A model generated the notes under the pieces. It was not told the DNA's origin, made no database searches, and saw only the letters and a list, made by a program, of their open reading frames with translations. From Octopus vulgaris (taxonomy: Eukaryota), in contig OX597828.1 of assembly GCA_951406725.2 (NCBI GenBank), forward strand, positions 27,652,001-27,716,000: a DNA stretch of 64,000 bases, in the 5' to 3' direction. Shown piece by piece: positions 25,826-39,358 of this stretch. The stretch's first letter is position 1, and every line of letters begins with the position of its first letter. The translations under genes were made by a program, and so were the position numbers.

Positions 25826-26132
25826 ACACACACATATACACATCCTAGATGCTTAGTAAAAAGTCGTTTTGTTTACACCTCTGCCCTCAACATTACTTGG
25901 GTTTTGGTGTACGCCAGTCAGTTGATGACCTTTTAACTCTGAATACATTTCTATTGCAGTTATATACATGTATATGGTTGGTATATTTGTAGACAACCAA
26001 GTCTTGGTGTATAAATATATAAAATAGAACCCATTTCTTCACTGTACAAACTCTTCATCATGGGCCCAACACATTTTCACTTTTCTATTCTGCTTTAGGA
26101 GTAAATAAGCACACCCACACACATATATATAT

Positions 26133-26434
26133 ATCACGTGATCACGTAATCGACCAATCCATCAGATGTAGTTACACATTGCTGGTCACAATGCGTTCGC
26201 ATTGATTTAGCCTTCGAATGACGCCACCCCGCTGGCTAAGCGAGCAGGCCAAGAAAGAATGGGAGAAAGAGTGGTGAAAGAGTACAGCAGGGATCACCAC
26301 CCACTGCCAGAGCCTTGTGGAACTTTTACGTGTTTTCGCTCAATAAACACTCACAACGTCCGGTCTGGGAATCGAAACCGCGATCCTACGACCGCGAGTC
26401 CGCTGCCCTAACCACTGGGCCATTGCACCTCCAC
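26133..26434 (-). mobile_element. SINE family C, tail type 2
   Basis: Inverted copy of 25461-25775. Confidence 0.85.
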
Positions 26435-26916
26435 ATATATATATATATATATATAATGTATTATTTCCTTTATTGTCTGTCCTCGGTTACGTTATTTCTG
26501 TTACATCATTGGTGGATGATGTTGTTTATTTATTATTTATTTCTGTCCATTTAACTGGTCAGATGTACACAATATGGTAATCACACAATACAAGACCGCA
26601 GCACTTGGATGTTAATTTACCTGCTGAAAGGTGACATTTCACTCTTCCTAGAGTCCAAGAGACACCTTTGACAAACTACATGCATAGAGCTATGTATTGT
26701 AAATTTTTCTGGGTATCACTTTATTTGCCATTTTCAGCTCAGCTAGAAACAAATCAATTCCATTAATGTTCCCTCAGTGCAGCAAGCGAGCTTGCTAGTC
26801 TAATATGACTATATGAAGAATGTGATTATAGAATGCAACTATTTGAAGAATCCTATATCATTGTAAATATTAAAGTGCACTGGAACTGCATATTGAAATA
26901 TCACTTTATAGACATG

Positions 26917-27702
26917 CAACTTTTGTAATTAGTTCCTTTCATGAGAATTACCCTGTTCTCATAAAGACTGAAGCATAATGGAAAATTTATCCCGTCTCAA
27001 TACTACAAAGATGCAGCCAGTGACAAAATGTGCTGGAAGTAGAAGATTGTTAAAATAAGGGATTATATCAGCTTGTTGTTCCTTTTGTGAGCTGGTTCTA
27101 ACAGTTAAGGGACCCAAACTTTGCTGCCAGGTTCTAGCATATACTAAAGACACATTACCACAAGCACACATAAATCATTGTACCACTAAACTTGTTTTTA
27201 GTTGGTTTGTCAGAAGGGTGACCCCCTGAGCCCTTTTTAGTGTTTCTGAGACTGGTGGGAGGAGTAAGTTATCCCCAAATCAAATCAAATGGTCTGAAGG
27301 CTTACAACAGTGTGCTCTCTGCTAAAGGCGCTCCTCACTAAGGGCACCCAAGGGTCGGATGGTTGTGTTAAATTAGGTGACATTTTAAGCCTAACAAGCA
27401 ACAACTGGTAGACCTGAGTCTAGCTACTATTTTTTAGTCTAAAGTAGTTGGCATTGATAAACAACTAATGTCTCATTGTTTGGATTTTGCTCGGTTTACA
27501 CTACTGGCAATATTTATATATTTTAATCAAAATGAATTAATGTTTAACTAGAATTGAGGATTTTCTCTATGCTAAAGTATAAAAGAGTCACTACAAAAAG
27601 GTGACATCAACAATGCTATCGATTTAACTTGGTTGTCTATTGTCTTTTTATACATGCTAGGCTACTTGTGGGGAAATTTCTAAGAATATTCACTGCCCTA
27701 TA

Positions 27703-27750
<48 letters not shown>

Positions 27751-28816
27751 TGTATATATATGTATGTATATATATATATATTTGTGTATATATATATATA
27801 TATATATATATAGGCACAGGAGTGGCTGTGTGGTAAGTAGCTTGTCTACCAACCACATGGTTCCGGCTTCAGTCCCACTGTGTGGCACCTTGGGCAAGTG
27901 TCTTCTACTATAGCCTCGGGCCAACCAAAGCCTTATGAGTGGATTTGGTAGACGGAAACTGAAAGAAGCCTGTCATATACATATATATATATATATATGC
28001 GTGTGTGTTTGTGTGTCTGTGTTTGTTCCCTAGCATTGCTTGACAACCGATGCTGGTGTGTTTATGTCCCCGTTACTTAGCGGTTCGGCAAAAGAAACCG
28101 ATAGAATAAGTACTGGGCTTACAAAAGAATAAGTCCTGGGGTCGAGTTGCTCGATTAAAGGCGGTGCTCCAACATGGCCGCAGTCAAATGACTGAAACAA
28201 GTAAAAGAGAAAAGAGAAAGAGGTATGTGTATATATGTGTGTGTGTGTATACACATATACATATGTACGTGTACACACATGCATAGAATGAATGTTGGTG
28301 CATTAATTGGTCCAACGTATCTGTGACGAGCATACTTGTCTTATGTGTTAGAAACAATGACATATGTACTAATAATATAAGCACACACACACACACACAC
28401 ACACACATACTAGGCATGTTGTTATGTGTTAGCAACAATGATTTATTAACCCTAGTGATATATGTCTTAATAGTGTATGAAGTAATCCCCAAGAACATAA
28501 GGAACCTTCTTCCCTTCTCCTGATAGGGAAACAGGGAAATCCTGATCCTTTAAGAGTCTGACTCTGTCTTTGAAAAAAAAAAAAAAAAAAGAGAGAGAAA
28601 GAGAGAGAGAGGAAAGGAAAGGAAGGCAAAGAAAAAGAAAGCCTATACAATCACTTGTTTTATCAAACACCACCACCACCACTTCTACCCTCTTGTCACA
28701 GACTGCCTCAAACATTAGTCTGTTGGTAATACTGAAAATTGGACAAATTTCCCATTATGCTTCAGTCTTTATGAGAAAATGACAATTCCCATGAAAGGAA
28801 CTAATTATAAAAGTTG
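26917..28816. repeat. About 90-bp inverted repeat pair 1.7 kb apart (possible DNA-transposon TIRs)
   Basis: 26917-27005 (caacttttgtaattagttcctttcatg...ttctcataaagactgaagcataatgg) is the reverse complement of about 28725-28816. Confidence 0.75.
27812..28221 (+). mobile_element. SINE family A, full length
   Basis: Head tggctgtgtggtaag...ttcagtccc, body gcaccttgggcaagtgtcttc and tail gactgaaacaagtaaaagag. Many partial copies occur, e.g. near 1040, 4985, 10380, 13750, 18975, 21700, 31310, 33130, 34390, 35470, 36040, 37870, 53200 and 54630. Confidence 0.9.
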
Positions 28817-29417
28817 TAATTGTGTTGTTGTGCTTTGAAAGGTTGGTTGCCTGTCTTCCTTGTGTGTATCAGTCTGTTTCTTTTAAAGCAAGTCAATGTC
28901 AATTCAATACTTAGACTACAAGTGCTTACAATTCACTTGTCAATTTGAATGTGACCTCTCTCAGGAAAGGTCAAGTGATTTTATTCCTGTCAAGTCATTT
29001 AGGCAGATATTCAAGAAAAGCCCAACCCAAACAGAAATTTCTCTTACACACACACACACACACTCACATATATATATATATATATATATATAAGCATGTA
29101 TGTATGTGTATTTACCATCATGTTTATATATATATAAATGTGTGTATTTACTTGTGGTTGTGTTTTGTTTGTTGCCTTTGACTGATTCTCTTGTAGATGA
29201 TGATGATGATGCTAATGGTGGTGGTTTTGATGACCTTAATGATGCTCTTGTTCATACTGTTGTTTTTATTTGTTGATGTAGGAATGGTTATTTTTTATTG
29301 TTTCATTAGTAATAGTTAAAATATGTCAATATGAACCAAATTGAACAATTAGATCAAATGCAATGAATTATTTGTATTTGACTTGAAAAAACATCCAAAA
29401 ATTATTGTTGTTGTTGT

Positions 29418-29880
29418 TGAATGAGAGAGCAGTGCATGCCATCAGAGTTACACAAATATAGGAAGCCCAATAAACCCATCATCACTACCCACCTGATAAG
29501 GTTACATCAGGCATATGCATCACAAACATATGTACACAACATGGTGATATATCAAGATAAACAGTGCATGACCTTGCAGGTGGGGCCCAGTTAGAATTTT
29601 CTCAAAGTTGAGTCGCCTATCTCATTCAAAAGGTCCCTGAATAAGGGTTGTTCATGGATGTTAAACGTAACACGTTTCCAGAGGTGAATTATTCAGACCC
29701 CGAAGAATTCCTCTCAACAAATGGCTATGATGCTTCTCAACTACTTCTGTTTATGATCAGAGATGCACATATCGTCAGCCAGCAAGGGACATGCTCCACT
29801 GGTTAAGGTCAAGCAACTGATAAGGAAATCTGTTGTATTGAGCAGAATATTTATTGTAGCCCATCTTTTTATACCAAGAC
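29418..29880. mobile_element. Interspersed repeat family F (unclassified, beside a (TTA/TTG)n run)
   Basis: Aligns over about 440 bp to 49082-49521. Both copies start gagagagcagtgcatgccatca next to a trinucleotide run. Confidence 0.75.
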
Positions 29881-29992
29881 CATCAATTCATTGGACAAAA
29901 TGCTGCAGCATCAATTGGTCTTTTAATCTCAAGACAGTGCTTGCGCTGAGGTACACATCACCAACGTTAAGTGTGAAGAAACTACAGTGTTT

Positions 29993-30296
29993 GTGGAGGC
30001 ACATGGCCTAGTGGTTAGAGCAGCGGACTTGCGGTCGAGGGATCATGGGTTCGAATCTCAGACCCGGCGATGTGTGTGTTTATGAGTGAAACGCCTAAGC
30101 TTCATGCGACTCCGGCAGAAAGTAATGGCGAACTTCTGCTGACTCTTTCGCCACAACTTTCTCTCACTCTTTCCTCCTGCGTCTTGCAGCTCACCAGCGA
30201 CGGACCGGCGTCCCATCTTGGTGGGGAACCTATACGCCAAGAAACCGGGAAACCGGCCCTTTTGAGCCAGGCATAGCTCAAGAAGGAACAAACAAA
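29993..30296 (+). mobile_element. SINE family C, tail type 3
   Basis: Family C-like head and body, then gcgacggaccggcgtcccatc...gaaaccgggaaaccggccc. 9-bp TSD acagtgttt. Confidence 0.85.
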
Positions 30297-30827
30297 TGAC
30301 AACAGTGTTTACCGTCTGACTGGGCCTGTCTTGCTCACATCTGCTGTGTCTGCTGGGGTCATCACCAGAGTCCACAGGCAGGTTTACAAGGTCGGGAACC
30401 AAATAGAAAGTGTTTCTAGATGGTCATTCAACCTACAAGAAATAACAGCTAAATCTCTCTGAAATCACACCCTAGATAATGTAGTGCTACATAACCCTAA
30501 AAAAATCAACATGAAACATGTTCATAGCTGACTTAGAACAAAACAGCAACAACAACTGTTGTACATAAATAAAATGAACTGAAGAAAGAGTACATGTTCA
30601 AACTGTCACATTGCACTCTGTACAATTCATCATTATATGACAGAATGTGTTGTGTGCTGTACTCTTAAGCAGAGATATGACGTGACTGGAGAAACAGGTC
30701 TGTGGGTCACAACTCATTGTTATGTCAACTACCTGTTTGTAAAAGGCATGCTCAGTCAAGTGTGAACCAAGGTTACTTAACAACAGCAAACGCAGGGACT
30801 AAGTCACCTTACTAAGAGAAGCTGTTA

Positions 30828-31053
30828 TTAACCCATTAGCATTTAACAGGCCATATCAACCTCCTGATGTTCTACTTGTTTTATGTTCAAATCAGTCAGA
30901 TCCAGCTTCTCACACCTAACTTACAATGTCATTCGAGAATTAATCCCATCATTGAAATCTCAAAGCTAAGAGATAAGGCACAGTTAATTCAAAATACAAT
31001 GTGAATAAATAAGCCTCGCTTTTGGCACAATAATTCGAATACTAATGGATTAA
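30828..31053. mobile_element. TTAA-type MITE (inverted relative to the 6930 copy)
   Basis: TTAA-CCCATTAGCATT ... AATACTAATGGA-TTAA. The internal sequence is the reverse complement of 6930-7148. Confidence 0.75.
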
Positions 31054-31870
31054 TTGCATCTCATGAGCCAACCGACTTTGTATCATGGATGAAGCTATTG
31101 CTGCTAACCGCTTCTGTACATCCAAATCTCTGGTTATCTGCCAAAGATCTCACCCTGGATAATTTGTGGACCCATTGTTTGGATTAAATCAACAGTCTCC
31201 AGCCCCTACTTATAGCATTTCTGATTATGAAATAGGTAGTACTAGGGTTTCATATTCTTTGTTACTATCATCTCAACCTTTGGTATTTTGGACTCTAGTT
31301 GTGTTTTCAGGTGGTTAAGAGACTCGCTTTTCAACTAGGTGGTTTGCGGTTCAGTCCCCCTAAGCAGTACCTTGGGTAAGCACCTTCTACTATGACCGCA
31401 AGTTAACCAATGCCTTGTAAGTGACCTTGGTAAATGGAAACTATGTGGAAGCCCATCATATGTGTGTGTGTTTGTACCTTTGTGTTTGTGCTTGTCCTGC
31501 CCCTACCACTTGGTAACTAGTGTTGGTTTGTTTATTCTATAACTTAGATCCCTAAGTTATGGGGAAAAAAAAGGATAAATTATTACCAGACATAAAAAAA
31601 ATTATAAATAAGTGCTGGGGTGTATTTGTCAAAATCAAACTTTTCAAAGCAGTATCCTAACATGACCCTAGCCCACTGGCTGAAACAAGTCAACCCCTTA
31701 ACATTTAAACCAGCCATAACTGGCCAAAATATTCTACCAGTTTTACGTTCAAACTGGTCAGATCCTACCATTTTCTTCTACCTAACGATGTCGTTCTAAA
31801 AAACAAACAATCTCATCAGTAAAATCTGCACAATTAATTCAAACCATTGTGAATAAATAAGCATAACCAT

Positions 31871-32268
31871 AGGCATAGGAGTGGATGTGTGGTAAGTAGC
31901 TTGCTTACCAACCACATGGTTCTGGGTTCAGTTCCACTGCGTGGCACCTTGGGCAAGTGTCTTCTATTATAGTCCCAGACTGACCAAAGCCTTGTGAGTT
32001 GGATTTGGTAGACGGTAACTGAAAGAAGCCCATCGTATATATGTATATATATGTGTGTGTGTATTTGTGTGTGTCCCCCCAACATTGCTTGACAACCGAT
32101 GCTGGTGTGTTTACGTCCCTGTAGCTTAGCGGTTTGGCAAGAGAGACCGTTAGAATAAGTACTAGGCTTACAAAGAATAAGTCCTTGGGTCGATTTGCTT
32201 GATTAAAGGTGGTGCTCCAGCATGGCCACAGTCAAATGGCTGAAACAAGTAAAAGAGAGAGTAAAGAG
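31871..32268 (+). mobile_element. SINE family A inserted in a TTAA MITE (31690-31870, resuming about 32269-32290)
   Basis: Full family A match with MITE sequence on both sides. Confidence 0.9.
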
Positions 32269-32370
32269 TATAACAGTTCACTGAGTAATCATAAGAAATG
32301 ATTTAGTATCTTCCTTAGATAAACTTCCATACCTCGTTCTTTTTACAATTGATGAGGACAAAATGACATA

Positions 32371-32770
32371 CTCTTTTTACTCTTTTACTTGTTTCAGTCA
32401 TTTGACTGCGGCCATGCTGGAACACCGCCTTTAGTCGAGCAAATTGACCCCGGGACTTATTCTTTGTAAGCCCAGTACTTATTCTATCGGTCTCTTTTGC
32501 CGAACTGCTAAGTGATGAGGACATAAACACACCAGCATCGGTTGTCAAGCAATGCTAGGGGGACAAACACACAAACACATACACATATATATATATATAT
32601 ATATACATATATACAACAGGCTTCTTTCAGTTTCCGTCTACCAAATCCACTCACAAGGCATTGGTCGGCCCGGGGCTATAGCTGAAGACACTTGCCCAAG
32701 ATGCCACACAGTGGGACTGAACCCAGAACCATGTGGCTGGTTAACAAGCTACTTACCACACAGCCACTCC
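32371..32770 (-). mobile_element. SINE family A, full length
   Basis: Near-identical to 24504-24899. Confidence 0.9.
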
Positions 32771-35700
32771 ACATGGGGCAAACAAAGAACAAAAACTACC
32801 AAACCCTTTGATTGTGAATATTAATGAAGAGCAATATGAAGGTGAGAACAGGTGAACTTAAAATTGGCTGAGTGGGGGGTGGTTTATGAAAGAGTGAAAA
32901 TGTGCTTCTACTTGAGTGCTAGCCTAAAGAAAGCATAATGAAAACCATTGTCCGTAAAGCTTTTTACTTGCTTACTCTAGTGATATATACATAATGGCAA
33001 TAAATAAAGAAATGTCCTCAAATTCCCTACTCTTCAAATTGTTCTTTTGACAAGGACAACAGACACTGATCTTCACTGAGTGACTCTGCTCTGTGGGAGA
33101 GAGAGAGAGAAAAATGAAAGAAGTGAGTGAGAGAATATCTTTTATCTTTCACTTCTTTCAGTCATTGGACTGTGGCCATGCTGGGGCACTGCCTTGAATA
33201 GGTAGATCCCAGTACTTAATTGATTTTAAAGCCTGGAATTTATTCTACAGGTCTCTTTTGCAGAAATGCTAAGTTATGGCCATATAAACAAACCAACACT
33301 GGTTGTCAAATGGTGGGGTGATAGACAGACTGACATTCACACACACATACATGATGGAATTCATTCAGTTTCTGTATACCAAATCCACTCAGGGTTATAA
33401 TAGAAGACCTTTGACCTATGTGCCATGCAGTAGGACTGAACCTGGAACCATATGGTTGGGAAGCAAACTTCTTACCTGACAGCCATACCTGCAATGTAGG
33501 GAAATACATAGAATTAGGGAGAAAGTGCAAGCCAATATCTGATACACTCCTGCTTGTGCCTTATGTGTCCTTATTAACAGTTGTTGTGATGTCTGCTTAT
33601 CACCCAAGTTCAGCTGTTCAATGGAGATCTACTTCAGAAGGATGCGTCACCCTCGCCGAAGTGGATGGCATTATTTACATTGTGTTCATGTGCATGTTGT
33701 TGTTGTTGTTGTTGTTGGCTGTGAGACTAAGAACTGAAGCACACTCACAAACTCTCAACTGTAATATTATTTATTGCCAGACCATATTTGCTATTAGCCA
33801 ATAACAATGAACAATGTTAATAACTGCTGAATGGGAGCTTAGCTGCTTTCAACCCTCTGCCTTGAGCCAAAGTGGCAGAACAGTTTTTATAATGTGAACA
33901 GGGCAGTTTCCAGAACGTTCTAGAAAAACCCACATCATGCCACAGCTTCATGATGATTGGCTGATTTATAGGTCAGTCACATGATGCTGTGGTGGCTCAT
34001 TCATGGTGCCCAACCAAGTATCTAGTGGTTAGGTTTTGAAGTCCTATCTTGTACTGGTTCCCACCTTCCAGTTGTTTTTTTCCTTTGTTGTTGTTGTGTT
34101 TGAGTTACTTCTTGTGTTGTTCAGGTCAACTATGATTGTTCAGATGCTTGTTCCCTGGCCTCTTATACATCGAAGAGGCCAGGGAACAGAAGAAAGAAGA
34201 AGATAGAAGACATGCACCCAACACCAGAGCTGAAGACACCTCTGAAAGGGGGGGCCCTGCCATGTCAAAACGGTAGAGGAGTAGGGGCCGAAACCGGACA
34301 TGGTTTCTCCTGATGATGTCTTGAGCTAACTGGATCCTATAAAGGAGCTGTTGTGGTAGCAGACCACAAAACACGGTTGTAATTCCTTCCTCTATTCTCT
34401 TTTTACATGTTTTAGTCACTGGAGTACGACCATGCTAGGGCACCATTTCGAAAGGTTTATTTGATCAAATCAACCGCAGTATTTTAAGTCTAGTTCTTAT
34501 TCTATCAGTCTCCTTCCAAGAACTACTGCTATGCAGATGTAACCAAGCCAACATCAGTTGTCAAGCATTAATGGGTGGGAGAAAAACACAGACACAAAGA
34601 CACAGAGAGACATGTTCACAGATATATTTGTATGACATGCTTCCACACAGTTTCCGTCTACCAGATCCACTCACATGGCATTAGTCAACCCAGAGCCAAG
34701 ATGCTCACTTACCCAAGGTGCGACACAGAGGGACTGAACTCTAAAACTAGGTAGTTGCAAAGTGAGCTTCTCCACCCCACAGCCATGCCTGCACTTGCAC
34801 TTTGGTCACTGGTCAGTTTTGACCAGTCTCACCTGAGGTAATTCTTTTGCTGACTAGTGTTTTGTATGTTGATGGTTTTCTATGGCAGAATGAAACAGAT
34901 GTAGAGCAAAACAAGGGTAGATGATGGGGGTGGGGTACACAAGTTTTCCAGGGCCTGGGCATGTTGTTTGGATTTGAATTTAGCGTGTGGTTTGATGTGA
35001 GGTACAAAGGTGCATGAAGTAGATTTGTGAGGGAATAGGGGTCATTTTATATTGAATAGCAGTGATGTTGGCAAGGATCACCAGAGGAGGTAATGAGTAG
35101 AGCACCCAATGTAGTTCCACCCAGCCAGATGGAGATTTTCGTTATTTGTTAAATACCCAAACCATTGATGATGTCTGGTGTGTTTGTTGATGGTTCCTTG
35201 GTTTTGGTAGCAAGGATCTTCACTGTTGATACTTCTTTTTGAATTGTTTTTTTTTTCTTTTTTTTTCAAATCAACAAGCTCTTAGATTTTTTCTTGAGTG
35301 AAGTTCCCAAAGAAAAACTCCTCTGTAGAATGGCACAGATCCAGAAAAGGTGGAGCCCCAGCATGGCCAAAGCATTAGGACTCAAATGTATATAAGAATA
35401 AACAAACTATATTCACCCAGCTTCGTATCTGCAAATTTCAGTTTATCTACATCCATATCTTTTCTTTTTTTTTTTGTCTTTTACTCATTTCAGTTATTGA
35501 ACTATGGCCATTCTGGAGTCACTGCCTTGACAAGTTTTTAGTCAAACAAGTCAACATCAGTACTTAATTTTTAAAAAATATGATACTTATTCTTTCAGTC
35601 CCTATTGCCAAACCACTAAGTTACAGGGATGTAAACAAACCAACACCAGTTGTCAAGTGGTGGATGGGACAAACATAGACACAAAGACACACACACTCAC

Positions 35701-36329
35701 ACATAGGTATATATATTTAAAATCTCTATGTGATAGCTCACCCTGCCAGAAACAAAGTAGCCAAATGTCCCTTGAATCAGACTTAAATATATATTAAAAG
35801 TGATGACACATTACATAATGTACTCCTAGATATACTGTCCCTGAAAACAAAGTCAAATGGTCACAGCTGGAATGTCTTTTATTATCGTGTATTTATTTGC
35901 TTAGGAGTTGATCTGGTAATAAATAGGAAAGCACTGAGAAACCTGACAAGCAGCTTACATTAAATATACAGGAAATGTTTTATACAAATAAACTGATTTA
36001 TTGTCCTGGGGTTATATATTGGGGCATATATAGTTGTATGGGTATAGCTGTGTGGTTAGCAAGCTTGCTTTGCAATCATGCTGTTTCAGGTTCATCCCAC
36101 TGCAGACCACATTGGGCAAGTGCCTTCTACTATAGCCCCGGCTTGACCAAAACCTTGTGAGTGGATTTTGATAGAAAAAAAAAAACTGAAAGAAGCCTGT
36201 TATATTTGTGTGTGTGTAACACTGCTACCACTTCCACCACTAGTACTGTTGCTACATTATTACTACTACTACTACACCTAGCCTCAACACCACCATCACT
36301 TTTACTGCTATAACTGCTTCTGCTGCTGA

Positions 36330-36701
36330 TTGTTTGTTTGTTTGTTGAGCTAAGTGGTCTTCGTCCTGGGAGAAGTCCGAAACGTGATCCTTTGCTATTC
36401 ATAAGACCCACAGAAGGGAAAGCAGGTCAACCTCCAACACCGAGAGCATCAACGAATGGATGAATGCGCATCCAGGCTCAGCGGTTGTGTAGGAAGTCGG
36501 GGACAAGAAACAGGAAGAAAGAGTAAGAGAAAGTTGGAGCGAAAGAGTACAACAGGGGTCGCTACCATCCCCTGCCGGAGCCTCGTAGAGCTTTAGGTGT
36601 TTTCGCTCAATAAACACACACATCACCCGGTCTGGGAATCAAAACCGCGATCCTCCGACCAAGATTCCGCTGCCCTAACCACTGGGCCATTGCACCTCCA
36701 C
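36330..36701 (-). mobile_element. SINE family C, tail type 4
   Basis: Family C head and body (about 36510-36701) followed by a fourth unrelated tail ending in (AAAC)n. Confidence 0.8.
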
Positions 36702-37166
36702 TGCTTGCTGCTGCTGCTGCTGCTGATCATGTGTCAACTGGTTTCGAAATGACACTTCACGCCTCACTTCCCAATCAAATAACACTTTTTACTTAAAATT
36801 CAAGTGTTTCTGTTATCCTGCCTTTTTGATTTCTCATTGCATCAATTCAAAGATTTTCTTTTCTGCTGGCTTTGGTTGAGATGGAATAAGACTTCTGTGA
36901 GTTTTCTTAAATTTTCAGAGTACATTGAACCATCCAACCCATGCCAGCATGGAAAAATAGATGTTAGATGAGGAAGATTGTAATGATGATGATGATGATG
37001 ATGGCAATAGTGGTAGAGGGGGTCATAATGATGATGATCATCATTACAATTTTGAAGTAGCAGCAGTAGTAGTAGTAATGGTGGTGGTGGTGGCGGTTCT
37101 TGTAGTAGTGGGGCTCAAAGATCATGAAAGGCCATATTTCTGCTAATTTATCTCTAAACACTTAAA

Positions 37167-37725
37167 GAAGGTCTTCACTTGCGTTATGGTATTGTTATCT
37201 GTTTGGTGGGATATAAAAGGTTTAGTCCACTTTGAACTTTTAAACCCAAACTAAACGATAACAAAGGAGATCTACTGCAAGCAGCTTGAGTCAGTGCAAG
37301 ACGAAAAACGACCATCTTTGGTTTCAAGATGAAAGGTGTTGTTCCATCAAGATAATGCTATGCCGCATACAACGAAGATGACATTCGAAAGGCTGGAGTA
37401 GTTTGAATGGGAAACGATACCCCGCCCACCATATTCACCGGACATTGTCCCATCTGATTATCATTTATTCTGCAGCCTGCAAAATCATTTGGACGGAAAA
37501 ACTAGGAATTCTGTAGACAAGGTCAGAACAGTACTGGAGGAGTATTTTTCATCAAGGACAAGTGAAGTTTGGAAGAGGGGCCTGGAATGTCTACCAGATA
37601 GATGAAAGAGCATTGTAGAAAATGAAGGAGAATATATTTTAGATTAAAAAAGAACTTTGTTGATCTTAATTTTGAAAAATAAAAGAAGTATTAAATAACC
37701 ACATTATTTATGGGATGATCCAATA
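37167..37725 (+). pseudogene. Mariner (DD34D) transposase C-terminal relic with probable 3' TIR
   Basis: VLLSVWWDIKGLVHFELL...VLFHQDNAMPH...WETIPRPPYSPDIVPSDYHLFCSLQNHLDGK...LPDR*KSIVENEGEYILD*, with internal stops. Ends ttatgggatgatccaata. Confidence 0.92.
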
Positions 37726-39177
37726 CATATTACATATATATAAAGCATACGTACATATTACATATACATATTATATACATACATATATATATATATATAT
37801 TATATAATATATTTTTATTATGTGTGTGTGTATATCTAACACATGTATGTATACAGAGAAAGAGAGACATTAGGCTTCTTTCAAGTTTCATTTATCAAAT
37901 CCATTCACAAGACTTTTGGTCAGCAAAGGGCCAGAGTGGAAGACACTTGCTCAAGGTGACACATAATGCATTTGAACCTAAAACCATGTGGTTGTGAAGT
38001 AAACTTCTGAACTACAATGAAATCTGTTGGGAAAGTTTACCTGTGATGGATACCTGTGTTCCTGCAAAGTCAGGTGACCGGTTATATTTATCACACAAGT
38101 GTGAACAGTAAGTAGATATTTCTCTTTAAACTTATCTAATCTACGAATAAGGAGCTTAATGGATGACCTACAGGCAAAAGAAAAAAAATACATAAATATC
38201 TTAAGAAACCCAGGTGTGATAAGTAAATTTCTGCATATCTGTAAGAAAAACATTATTATTATTATTATTATTATTACAAAAAGAAATCATTATTTTTCTC
38301 ATTCTTTCCATTGTTATAACAAGAAAAGAACTGAACAACTATACTGTACAACCTCATGACATTTTCTTCAACCCTACCCCACTCAAATCTATTCTTAATT
38401 TAGTATTCAGAAATGTATGTATTCCAACTAAACACTGAACCAACAAAATCCAGAGATTCTGACCAAAATATTATCTTGAATTTAAACTTGGAAATATACA
38501 CGCCAAGGGCTACATCAGTCCGTTCTACAATAGAACTTGTTGAATCAGAATTACTTGCTTAGAATCTAAGACTTTAGAATCACCAGTAGGATTCATTGAA
38601 GGTGGAATCTGTCTTTGCATATAAAATGCTTAGAACATTGCGCAATGGCACACACTGTGTACCAGAAACTGAATATTTAGAGAAAGGAATCATTTTGAAA
38701 AATGCTAAAATGTTTCTAAACAAACTCAGCTGATACGTTCCTAAACTTGAATTCTACAGCTGGACATATCAATGATGTGATTCATATATTTTTATTATAG
38801 AAAAAGTAAATCTCAATGCATATACATGACAACAATGAGGACGACGTTGATAATGACGAGCATTAAAAGATAAACAGGGCAAAAGAAAAAATTTTAATGG
38901 AATTTGTGACTGGTTTAACAATATTCTTTTGATTTCTCATTTCATGTTTGTAATAATATGTCCGCTTGGAAATATGAAATTGTAATCTCAGGCTGAATAA
39001 TGCACATGCATATAGAGATACCTTACTATAGACATATAGATACAGACATGTTCAAACAGGTTTATACATCCATGTACTATACATCCATGTACACACAAAT
39101 GCCTACATGTCTATGTATGTACATATGTATCTGTATGTATATGTGTGTGTGTACATGTTTTTATGTATATATATAGT

Positions 39178-39358
<181 letters not shown>

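Noticed and set aside
27209-27240. QKGDPLSPF resembling the RT QGDPLSP motif
   Set aside because: A stop follows immediately and no neighbouring RT motifs are visible.
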